Assembly (NCBI RefSeq): GCF_001194135.2
Contig: NC_068982.1
Span: 74,111,240-74,175,239, forward strand
DNA: 64,000 bases
Direction: 5' to 3'
DNA from: Octopus bimaculoides
Lineage: Eukaryota
Shown here: in pieces, positions 46,761 through 58,634 of the stretch
Numbering within the stretch: the stretch's first letter is position 1
How the letters are laid out: the number at the start of each line of letters is the position of its first letter
Notes under the pieces: generated by a model
The model's database searches: none
The model's input: the letters and a program-made list of their open reading frames with translations, nothing else
Told to the model about the DNA's origin: nothing
Program-made: the position numbers and the translations under genes

Positions 46761-49544
46761 TCTCACTCCATTTTGGATGCTCTGTTTACATTATAAAGAC
46801 TTAGACACTTAGAGAGAATTAAAATAATTCTACGTGGAACTCGAAGTAGATAAAAGTATAAATTATAGTGTGTGGAATATTGGGGTTAAAGCCCCTTTGA
46901 ATGGGCTGCCCATCTGTCATGTGCTTGGTGTCCCACGAGTAGCCTTCAACTTTTTTAAATCCAAAGTTTTTTTTGCTAAACTCAGTATTCTGCATGTTAT
47001 TATTCATAGCTTTATCTACTTCGAATTTCACCGGAAAAAAAAAAGACTTCCGTTTCTCTTGAATGTTTTAAATTCTTATAATGTAATGATCTTACATTTA
47101 TATCCTATGGTTTTTTTTTCTTTTTAATTTATAGCTTTTTCTTCGAGTCGGACGTTAAAAGCAATTTCATATTTAATAGTTTCCATATTTACTTTTACCG
47201 ATTATATTCTGTTTCCGTCGCTAGATAGCTTTGATAAATGAAAGTCACCGAATCAGTTTTTTTTTTTAATAAAATCTGCCTTTTTTAAATAATATATTTT
47301 TCTGCAAAAAAGAAAATCACTAAATGTTGAAGTTACTTCCCTTCATTCCGATGGTTTAAGGGTAGACAACTCTTGAAATCTTCATTGCAGTTCTTATTTT
47401 GTATGTAACATACTAAATATTTGTTAGTGTCTCCTTGACTCGCAATGATGAAAGATTCATTTAAAGTTAAGTCAAGTGAAGATAGGACAGTTTGGGGAAG
47501 TATTATGATTATAGAAAGTCTCATTCCACCTTCTTGAATATAAATGAAGTTATTGGCCGTCGCCTTTTGGATAGAAGGAAGATGAAGGTAAGTATGGGGC
47601 TTTCTGCAAACATGAGAATAAGTTATGATTCAATGATTCTGCACCATTTGTTCACAATATCCAGAAATCTTGTAATATAAAACAGTCAATTAGTTCGGGA
47701 AGATAACATTTTACTAATACTTATCTCAGCTTACTGGTCATTGAAAAAGACATCGTCTGCTGGTTAATTTATCTCGAATTAGTTATTATTTACTCAGTTA
47801 AATGTAGCTTTTATGCTTATAAATAAGATATTATAAAATTTTATGCCATCTGAATCCTGGCTTTAGCCCCCCCCCCATATAACCTGTCATAACTTTTATT
47901 TTTAGGAAATTTTTGCGAACTTGTGATCTACACACAGGAATTAATATGATTATGAAAAAACAATGGATTTTGTGTTTGTGTGNNNNNNNNNNNNNNNNNN
48001 NNNNNNNNNNNNNNNNNNNNNNNNNNNNNNNNNNNNNNNNNNNNNNNNNNNNNNNNNNNNNNNNNNNNNNNNNNNNNNNNNNNNNNNNNNNNNNNNNNNN
48101 NNNNNNNNNNNNNNNNNNNNNNNNNNNNNNNNNNNNNNNNNNNNNNNNNNNNNNNNNNNNNNNNNNNNNNNNNNNNNNNNNNNNNNNNNNNNNNNNNNNN
48201 NNNNNNNNNNNNNNNNNNNNNNNNNNNNNNNNNNNNNNNNNNNNNNNNNNNNNNNNNNNNNNNNNNNNNNNNNNNNNNNNNNNNNNNNNNNNNNNNNNNN
48301 NNNNNNNNNNNNNNNNNNNNNNNNNNNNNNNNNNNNNNNNNNNNNNNNNNNNNNNNNNNNNNNNNNNNNNNNNNNNNNNNNNNNNNNNNNNNNNNNNNNN
48401 NNNNNNNNNNNNNNNNNNNNNNNNNNNNNNNNNNNNNNNNNNNNNNNNNNNNNNNNNNNNNNNNNNNNNNNNNNNNNNNNNNNNNNNNNNNNNNNNNNNN
48501 NNNNNNNNNNNNNNNNNNNNNNNNNNNNNNNNNNNNNNNNNNNNNNNNNNNNNNNNNNNNNNNNNNNNNNNNNNNNNNNNNNNNNNNNNNNNNNNNNNNN
48601 NNNNNNNNNNNNNNNNNNNNNNNNNNNNNNNNNNNNNNNNNNNNNNNNNNNNNNNNNNNNNNNNNNNNNNNNNNNNNNNNNNNNNNNNNNNNNNNNNNNN
48701 NNNNNNNNNNNNNNNNNNNNNNNNNNNNNNNNNNNNNNNNNNNNNNNNNNNNNNNNNNNNNNNNNNNNNNNNNNNNNNNNNNNNNNNNNNNNNNNNNNNN
48801 NNNNNNNNNNNNNNNNNNNNNNNNNNNNNNNNTGTTTTCACCTTTTCGATATCAGTGAAGAATTTCACTGGAAAAGTAGATATAAGATTGCCAGGTTTTT
48901 GTCTCTCTCGCCAAGGTCAGCAGCTATCGAACGCCGAAGAAGGGAAATAACCCTGAAATCCGGATCCGTTCGTGCTGCAGATCGTGGTGAGAGGGATAAC
49001 TTCCCTTGGCAAACAGGACACAGTCGTGTGTCGATAAGCCAGCTGGAGGAGATGTCCTCCTGGGGCTAAAAGCAACAGTAACATCCACCCCTAGGGGTCA
49101 GCCACACTTAAGTGGCAATATACTACACTTTATCGTGCAGTTACTGTTAATACTTCATTTAGAGAATTAACATTGCTTAATACATATAATAGATAATAAA
49201 ATGGGAAAAGACTGAGTATTTTGTTGTCTACAATTATCTCCCTTGACAGTCTGATTTTTTCCCCCCTCCGTTTATCTTTGTAGGGTCTTCAAAATAAACT
49301 ACCCGTCAAATATTGGAGTCTCAATTTCTATTTATACCGTGGGGTGGCAAAAAATCTCCAAAATCGATCATCCTCGATAAATGCAGGCGTAGCTGTGTTG
49401 TGAAGACGCTCACATAGCGACCACATAGTCTTGATTTCAGTTCCACTGCATGGCACCTTAGTCAAGTGTCTTTTATTATAGCTTTGTGGGTGTGTAGCGA
49501 TGCATGCATGCATACATGTATGTACACACACACACATATATATT

Positions 49545-49931
49545 CTTGGATGAATCTTGAAACATTAGTTTCAAGGTTCATCCAAGGCTGGGACCACGGA
49601 CCATACGTCCTCTGCCCAATTCAGGATCACAACATATAGGTACACTAAGACATAATTTCTTTTCCTCATCAGGCCCTGTCCTGTTTAACATTGTCCCAAA
49701 ACGGATCAAAGAGGAAAAGGATCACATCACCTTTAAACGGAGTCTGGACAGATTTCTTCAAGGAATACCAGATAAGCCACCCATACCTGGATACAACTCA
49801 CTCAACAAGAACTCATTACTTGAATGGACCTTAAACAAAACTTGACTTAAAAAGGATTTAGATAATCCTATCAGGTGGTGCTATTAAGTTAAACATGGCC
49901 TGGACCAATCTTTGGTCGAAACATATCTAAG
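49545..49931 (+). mobile_element. CR1-like LINE 3' end
   Basis: Open frame 49561-49845 ...GPVLFNIVPKRIKEEKDHITFKRSLDRFLQGIPDKPPIPGYNSLNKNSLLEW*, a typical CR1-group ORF2 C-terminus, followed by a short 3' UTR. Confidence 0.8.
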
Positions 49932-50806
49932 TTTATATATGTGTGTGTGTGTGTGTGTATGTAATATGAGCAGGCGTGGCTTTGTGGTAAGAAGCGTGCT
50001 TCCCAACTACATGGTTGTGTGTTTAGTCTCACTGTGTGTTTGTGTGTTTACGTTCCCTTAACCTAGCTGGTCGGCAAAAGATACCGATAGAATAAGCACT
50101 GGGGTCGATTCATTCGACTAAAATTCTTGAAGGTGGTGTTCCAGCATGGCATAGCATCAGTCCAATTTCTGAAAGAATTAAAAAGAATACAAAAGTTATT
50201 TGTAGCAATCTCTTCTATAAATGAATGAATGAATAAATAAATAAATATCAAAAAAAGCAAAGAGGATGATGAGAAATAATTCATTACCTAACTTCCGGTC
50301 TGTTAGTTTCATATAATCTTCCGTCTTCGAATACATCTTGGCTAAATTCCATATGTCTGCTTTGCAAAAAGAACGATTAATTGGATAAAATTATTGTGGT
50401 TTGCTGGTGTATTTGTGTTACAATGTCAGATATGCTACAAGTAATGTCTAGTTGAAAGACACTAAGATGTTTAGCGGTTATTTTGGTCTCTCTATTTGCA
50501 GTAAACAGCCTAATTCTGCAACCTTTCGAGTTATTCTGCTTAAATGTCAGCTTGTCTTTATCGTTCTTTTATACTAGTTTCAGTCATTTGACTGCGGCCA
50601 TACTGGGGTACCGCTTGATGGGTTTTTAGTCCCACAGATCATCCCATGTACTTATGCTTTTTTTAAAAGTCTAGTACTTTATCGCTCTCTTTTGCTGAAC
50701 TGCTAGATTTACAGGGACATAACTCAACACCAGCTGTCAATTGGTGGAGGTAGGGTCAAACAAAAAACACAGACATTCCTCCACCACACACACACGCACA
50801 CGCACA

Positions 50807-50850
<44 letters not shown>

Positions 50851-51228
50851 GATGGATCCTTACGTCGTAGACGACTTGTGAGTGTTCAGTTTTTGCCGAA
50901 CTATCCGCACAAATGATTTGTTTATAGTAATCAAATGTATGTGCTGTACACTAACTCCCTCCCTCCATCAAATCGACGTTGCCTGGACAGGTGTACAGTG
51001 TACCACGCGTCAGGTGTCGTTCATGATTTGATACAGCTGACTGAAAATTCTGTTTGATTTGGTAACAGCACTTTTGGAAGTGAACACACTCACTCGCGCG
51101 CGGGCGAGTGAGCTCAGTGGAAGGTAAATGTGACAAATCAAAAATACCCCTAATCATTTCCTAGACGTTTTCAACTGTTTTCTATTAAATATTACTATTA
51201 TTCCGTTATATACAGCAGAAACAGCATT

Positions 51229-51774
51229 GGAATGATATAGCCATCTGTGTATCTACTTAATGCAGAACGCGAAAAGGCATATTAATTGCAGTATTCGCCC
51301 GGAGATAACATCTCTTATGGGCATACTGTGTTAAAAACACAAATACCTCAGTAGCAGACGAAAATCATTCAGCAGCGCCGGTAATAATGCTAGATGCACA
51401 TTTCTGCTTCGTTGGGCATTATCAATAACATGTACGCACTGTCAACTGCATGCTAAGACAAAATCCGTCGCTTGGTGGTTAATTGCAACACCAGTGATTT
51501 TTTAATCACTGTATTCCTATATCTATAGTGATATATTTTGTTCTAGCAGGCGGTTGGCAGTAAATACATGCTACTGACAAAACCCAACGAAGCAGAAATG
51601 TACACCTAGCTTCCTCACCGTCGCTGCTGAACGATTTTCGTCTGCTGCTGGTATAGTGTTTTTAAACACAATACGTCCAAAAGCGATATTATCTCCGCAC
51701 GAATACCACAGTTAATATGCCTTTTCGCGATGTATTTGCATTAAGTATGGTAACAGATGACTGTTATCATCATT
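51229..51774. mobile_element. Fold-back/MITE-like element with ~150-bp inverted arms
   Basis: 51229-51393 is roughly 80% identical to the reverse complement of 51606-51774 (e.g. gcgaaaaggcatattaa, agcagacgaaaatc.ttcagcagcg). Confidence 0.75.
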
Positions 51775-52194
51775 GTGGAGGCGCAATGGCCCAGTGGTTA
51801 GGGCAGCGGACTCGCGGTCATAGGATCGCGGTTTCGATTCCCAGACCGGGCGTTGTGAGTGTTTATTGAGCGAAAACACCTGAAACTCCACGAGTCTCCG
51901 GCAGGGGATGGTGGCGAATCCTGCTGTACTCTTTCACCACAATTTTCTCTCACTCTTACTTCCTGTATCTGTTGTGCCTGTAATTCAAAGGGTCAGCCTT
52001 GTCACACTGTGTCACGCTGAATATCCCCGAGAAGTACGTTAAGGGTACACGTGTCTATGGAGTGCTCAGCCACTTGCACGTTAATTTCAAGAGCGGACTG
52101 TTCCGTTGATCGAATCAACTGGAACCCTCGACGTCGTAAGCGACGGAGTGCCAACAACAACAACAACAACAACAACAGCAACAACAGTGCCAAC
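51775..52194 (+). mobile_element. SINE family B, full length
   Basis: tRNA head ggcgcaatggcccagtggttagggcagcggactcgcgg...ggtttcgattccc; (CAA)n tail; 12-bp TSD gttatcatcatt (51763-51774, 52195-52206). Confidence 0.92.
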
Positions 52195-53416
52195 GTTATC
52201 ATCATTATAATTATTGAGAGAGAGAGTAGCGCATGCCATCAAAGTGACACTGGGGTACAAATATACGAAGCCCAATACCCATCATGACTACCCGTCTGAT
52301 AAGGGTACACCAGGCACATGCATCACAACCATATGTGTGCGACATGGTGATCTCATATCCAGATAAACAGCGCATGACCGTGCAGGTGGGGTCCACTTAG
52401 AATTTTCTTCAAGTTGAGGAGCTCAAAAGGTCCCTGCATAAGATTTGTTTAAGAATGATGAACAAAACACCCATGTTTCCAAAGGTGAATTGTTTAAACC
52501 CCAAATAATTCCTCTCAGTACATGGCTATGATGCTCCCCCACTACTTCTGTTCGTGATCAGAGATGTACATACCGTCAGCCTTTGAGACATGCTCAACTG
52601 GTTATGGTAAAACAACTGACAAGCAAATCTGTGGTATTGAGCAGAATATTTGCTGTAGCCCATCTTTTATACCTAGACAAAACAATGTACATGATAATAC
52701 TTCCAACCAGTTTAGATCAAAAGCTATGAGAGCCAGTGCCTGGTACAACATCATGGCATATTATTATTATTAATATTATTATTATTATTAGTGTTGTTGT
52801 TGTTATTGGCACGTCGGACAAAATGTTTAGCGGCATTTCGTCTGTCTTTACGTTCTGAGTTCAAATTCAGCCGTTCAACTTTGCCTTTCATTCTTTCGGA
52901 GCCGATGAAATAAGTACCAGCTGAGCGCTAGAGACGATGTGACAAATCCTCCCACAAAGTTTCAGTACTTATGCCTATAGTAGAAATGATTGTTGTTGTT
53001 GTTAAATTACGTTATCGAAGCTGCAGATTTGCCCACTCGGTAGCATTGGATAAAGTGGACGAACCAGTGGTTTGCCATGAGTGGGTTGAACGCTGGGACT
53101 AAAATAACCACGATTATTTTAATTAACATAATTGTTGGAGCAATTGGACGTGTTAAGTGACAGCCTGAAAAAGCTCGGATTCTCAGGCAAAAAACAAAAC
53201 AAAACAAAAAACAAAACAAAAAAACATAGTAAAACAAAACAAGACACACACAAAAAAAAACGGTGTGTTCACGTGAATTTTACAAATAGAGTCTGTAAGA
53301 TGAACACTAAAATTGTGAAAGATTTTTATGAAGTTTAACATATAATAATTATCGCTGTTGTTCTAGCAGGCGGTTGGCAGTAAATACATGCTACTGACAA
53401 AACCCAACGAAGCAGA

Positions 53417-53770
53417 AATGGCCCAGTGGTTAGGGCAGCGGACTCGCGGTTTCGATTCCCAGACCGGGCGTTGTGAGTGTTTATTGAGCGAAAATACCTA
53501 AAGCTTCACGAGGCTCCGGCAGGGGATGGTGGTGAACCCTGCTGTACTCTTTCACCACAACGTTATCTCACTCTTACTTCCTGTTTCTGCTGTACCTGTA
53601 TATCAAAGGGCTAGCCTTGTCACACTCTGTGTCACGCTGAATATCCCCGAGAACTACGTTAAGGGTACACGTGTCTGTGGAATGCTCAGCCACTTGCACG
53701 TTAATTTTACGAGCAGGCTGTTCCGTTGATCGGATCAACTGGAACCCTCGACGGAGTGCCAACAACAAAC
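53417..53770 (+). mobile_element. SINE family B, second copy
   Basis: Colinear with 51785-52160, with small deletions. Confidence 0.9.
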
Positions 53771-54402
53771 ATCCCACTTCCAGCGATGATGCTTTGATCC
53801 ATCAGTGATGGTCCTTCATTGTAATAAGAATTCTAATAATTGAGAAAAGAAAAAAAGAAAAAGAAAAAGATACTGAATATGTGTTTGTTCAACGCACATC
53901 CATACATACGCACATATATGCATACATACATTCTTACATTCGCACACGTACACACACGCAGACATATATAACTATATACGTACATACATTCACTGCCTCC
54001 CAACCATATGGTTCCAGGTTCAGTCCCTCTGTGCGGCACCATGGGCAAGTGTCTTTTACTATAGCTTCGGGCCGACTAAAGCCTTGTGAGTGATTGATTT
54101 GGTAGACTGGAACTGAAAGAAGCCCGTCGTATACATGTGTATATAGTCTTCAGTCAAATCGTCCAACCCATGGAAAGCGGACGTTAAACGATGATGATGA
54201 TGATGATGATATACATATATACATACATACATATGTGTGTGTGTGTGTGTGTGTGTATCTTTGTGTGTATGTGTTTGTTCTCTGCATCACCACTTGATAA
54301 CCGGTGTTGGTGTGTTTACGACCTAATTCTTCAAGGTGGTGCCCCAGCATGGTCGCAGTATGATGACTGAAACAAGTAAAAAATATAAAAAAAGATATAT
54401 AG

Positions 54403-54803
54403 GTGCAGGCGTGACTGCGTGGTAAGAAGTTAACTTCTTAACCTCATGATCCAGGGTTCAGTCCCACTGTGCGACACCTTGGGCAAGTGTCTTCTACAAT
54501 AGCCTTGGGCCAACCAAGGCTTTTGTGAGTGGACTTGGTAGATGGAAACTAAAAGAAGCTCGTCGTATATATACATATATATGTGTTTGTGTGTGTGTGT
54601 GTGTGTGTGTTTGTATTTGTCCTCCATCGCTGCTCAACAATCGGTGTTGGTGTATTTATGTCTCCCGTAACTTAGCGGTTTAGCAAAAGAGGCCGGTAGA
54701 ATAAGTACTAGGCTTTAGAAAAAAAAAGAGCCTTGTAATTACGGTGACTTCAAAGCACCGACGAAACGTAGATTTAGTCAAAAATGACTGAAACAACTAA
54801 AAG
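54403..54803 (+). mobile_element. SINE family A carrying a 40-bp Tigger-derived insert
   Basis: Head at 54403, tail at 54776-54803, foreign segment at 54732-54771. Confidence 0.8.
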
Positions 54804-55164
54804 ATATATATATATATATATATATATGTCTGGTCTTCGAAACGTCTAGATAGAATAGAGACAGCTGATGAAGGGATATTCCAAGGGGCTTTCCGTTTTC
54901 CTATGTGTTCGTTGCGTTGTCTGTAGTTTATTGTTCTAACGTCCTGTACCCTGATATGCATGTATATACACATGTAGATGTAAGTATGTACATATATGTG
55001 TGTATACATGTATATATATTCTTTGTATTATATATATATATANNNNNNNNNNNNNNNNNNNNNNNNNNNNNNNNNNNNNNNNNNNNNNNNNNNNNNNNNN
55101 NNNNNNNNNNNNNNNNNNNNNNNNNNNNNNNNNNNNNNNNNNNNNNNNNNNNNNNNTATATATA

Positions 55165-56975
55165 CAGTGATATCTCACAGTACGAGTTTAATTCGTCCCA
55201 TGACCTAGCGCGTTTTCGATTTACTCGTTTTACAAATCAATTTTACCAATTGAAGTTAATTAAAATATAATTAGTCCTTTCCAAACTCACTCAAAATTCA
55301 TTTCTTATGGGTTTTAAAACAGAAAAGGTGCAGTTATAAGGAAAATGACAATTATAAAAACACAATAAAAGTGAATGCAAAAGAAATACGTAAATTGGTT
55401 TTATTAATTTAATTACCTCAAAGATGGGACGATTTGTGCGCGAGGAGGAATATGGAGCGAGATGGAGGGGAATCATTGTTTGGAAGGAGAATTTCCTTCC
55501 ATTAAGACTTCAAGAAGAACAATTCCAAGCGTTTTCTCTCTCATTTCGCTTAATTTAGGCTTTTTGGATACACTTTCTTCATTTTTCACACGCGTAGGTC
55601 GTTTCCTTAGAAACATATCAAGAGAAGTCTTTCAAAATGTTACGAAAATGCGCCAGAGCAGTGTCATTAAATAAAACAGCTGTACGACCTGTAGCTACTT
55701 TTTCCAGATGATATTTTTCTACAAATTCAGAAATATACTACCACTTTGCCAACACTGCCTTTATGTCACTCGTGGAGATAGTCTTCTCCGTTTTGTTGTC
55801 CTCTTCTGGGGTGCCAACCTCGTCCACCGCATCCAAATGCTGCTGCTCCTGATACTGCAGAAGTTCATCTGTCGTAAGCTCTTTTGAGTGTTACTCGACG
55901 AGTTCGTTAATGTCTTCTACGTCAACCTCGAGGCCCATGGACTTGCCAAGAGACACTATCCCCTCGACTACAATTGTTTCAGACTCAAACTGTTCGAAGT
56001 CTCTTTCGGATACATAGTCAGACCACAGCTTCCAATATGCAGAATTGAGCGTTCTCCTCGTTACATCCTGCCGAAGGGTTAGACTTGTAATCACGGTTAC
56101 TTCAAAGCACCGACGAAACATAGTTTTTGGTATAGAATTTCTTAAAGTTAGAAATCAACTGTTGGTCCATAGACTGCAAGATAGGGGTGGTGTTGCGTGA
56201 AAGGTACAGACTTTTTGTAAATTCAAATTTCTCCAGAATATCATTTTCGAGGGTAGGAAGGTAAGCAGGAGCATTATCGAGGACGAGGAGGGCTTTGAGA
56301 GGAAGATCGTTCTCCAGAAGGTACTTCTTCACTGCTGGTCCGAAGACACGGTTGACCCTCTCGATGAACAATATCCCAGTTTCATCACAGTTTAATATCT
56401 GTTGTGCGATGTACCACTCAGCTGCGATGAGCTGACGGAATTCACGTACGAAATCCTCAGGTGCCTTCGTGCCTGAACTCGCTGCTTCTCTATACCTGAC
56501 GACTCCATGAACACCAGTCCTCTTCTTGAAATTATCGAACCAGCCGCAACTGGCCTTAAATGCGTCTGCTTATGTCTCCTCCATCGATGTTCCAGGGTTC
56601 TATTTCAGGAGATTCCCATACAACACACGTGCTTTCTCGCACATGATGGTATCTGTAACCGAATCACTTGCTTCTCTATGCTCCACAGGAGAAGCAATTT
56701 TTCCATCTCTGCGTGGACAGGTGTGCATTGCTTGGAGAGCCTTGAGACACCCTTTGCTGTTGTAACGGCCTTGATCTCATCTTTTTTCTTCAGGATGGTA
56801 CAGATCGTCGACGTGCTTCGGTCGTATTGACGTGCTATGTCCACTACACGCACTCCTTTCTCATTTTTATCAATCATTTCCATCATCAATTCTATCGCAA
56901 TCAGCTTTTTCTTCTCAGCACTGTCCTTTGCATTAACCTTCTTAAGACCCATGGCTAATACAACTAATTATTATA
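55165..56975 (-). mobile_element. Tigger/pogo (TIGD1-like) DNA transposon relic, internally deleted, 5' TIR missing
   Basis: CENP-B-type HTH (KKKLIAIEL..EMI...EKGVRVVDIARQY), FKASCGWFDNFKKR, NCDETG, LLVLDNAP, NTTPILQSMDQQLISNFK. One TA-CAGTGATATCTCACAGTACGAG terminus at 55163. Confidence 0.92.
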
Positions 56976-56979
56976 AGAT

Positions 56980-57030
<51 letters not shown>

Positions 57031-57419
57031 TGTATGTATGTATGTATGTATGTATGTATGTATGTATGTATGTATATATGTATGTATGTATGTGTGTGTA
57101 TGTATATATGCATGTATGTATACATATATACATTACATACATATTTACATACACACACACAAATCGTATACTCACATATAATATGGCTCCATCTCTTGAT
57201 TATTCAAGTCTGGTTAAATACATGACGGGCTAAATAGCTTTAATCTTTTTTCTATTATGTGTTTCGAACATTCTAACGTCTCACTAGATCAGAGAGGAAG
57301 ACGTGTTGATGTCTCTAAACTATAAAGGCCAAATGGCTTGCATCTTCGGCATATTTCCGTAGCTATCTTTAGAGACAGACAACATTCATTATGTGTTCTA
57401 GAATAGTCGTAGGCGTATA

Positions 57420-57584
57420 GGCGTAGGAGTGGCTGTGTGTTAAGTAGCTTGCTTACGAACCACATGGTTCTGGGCTCAGTCCCACTGCGTGGCAGCTTGG
57501 GCAAGTGTTTTCTACTATAGCCTCGGGCCGACCAAAGTCTTGTGAGTGGATTTGGTAGACGGAAACTGAAAGAAGTCCGTCGTA

Positions 57585-57621
<37 letters not shown>

Positions 57622-57931
57622 NNNNNNNNNNNNNNNNNNNNNNNNNNNNNNNNNNNNNNNNNNNNNNNNNNNNNNNNNNNNNNNNNNNNNNNNNNNNNNN
57701 NNNNNNNNNNNTGTGTGTGTGTGTGTGTGTGTTTATGTGTCTGTGTTTGTCACTTGACATCGCTTGACAACCGATGCTGGTGTGTTTACCTCCCCGTAAC
57801 TTAGCGGTTCGGCAAAAGAGACCGATAGAAAAAGTACTAGGCTTACAAAGAATAAGTCCTGGGGTCGATTTGCTCTACTAAAGGCGGTGATCCAGCATGG
57901 CCACAGTCAAATGACTGAAACAAGTAAAAGA
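57420..57931 (+). mobile_element. SINE family A, full length, CpG-intact (spans gap)
   Basis: Colinear with 31813-32220. Confidence 0.9.
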
Positions 57932-58082
57932 GTCGTTACGAGTTAAACATGCAATGACGGAATGAAGTTTACTGTTTTGTTATAAGTGAGAACTCTGTGC
58001 ACTTTAAAAGTGAAATTGTGATGAAATATCTATCTATCTGTCTGCCTGTCAGCCTATCTACCTGTCTGCCCGCCTGCCTGTG

Positions 58083-58117
<35 letters not shown>

Positions 58118-58489
58118 GTACATGAACCTGCTGCATGAGAGCAGATACTTTTAAGTAACATACACTGCGTCCAAATTCTTTCAATCCATAATGATTTACT
58201 TACAAACCTGCGCACTAGTCATCCAGTGCCTCTTATCGCAACGTTCAGTCAAATTATTTATCGCTCCTGCAACCACCCACGAAGAAAATTACATAAAGGA
58301 ACACACTACATATCTATATATAAGCACATACATACATACATACATATATACGTGAATATGTATATATATGTGTATATATGTATGATTTTCAGGCAGTTAA
58401 CTATGTATGTATATATGTATGTATGTATATATATAATATACATATATATATATGTGTATATACATGTATATATATATAAATATACATAT

Positions 58490-58634
58490 ATAAATATATA
58501 TATATATATGTAAATATATATATATGTAAATATATATATATATGTAAATATATATATATATATGTAAATATATATATATATATGTAAATATATATATATA
58601 TATGTAAATATATATATATATATGTAAATATATA
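58490..58634. repeat. AT-rich minisatellite (tatatatatgtaaa-type) running into a gap
   Basis: Directly visible. Confidence 0.9.

Noticed and set aside
47428-47587. Possible plus-strand exon ending gatgaag|gtaagt
   Set aside because: Good donor but weak acceptor and no recognisable coding frame; kept only as a possible partner of the 46586 donor
51775-51850. tRNA genes at SINE heads (also 31813, 57420, 60250-60325)
   Set aside because: A/B boxes are present but continue into SINE bodies with TSDs; no complete cloverleaf
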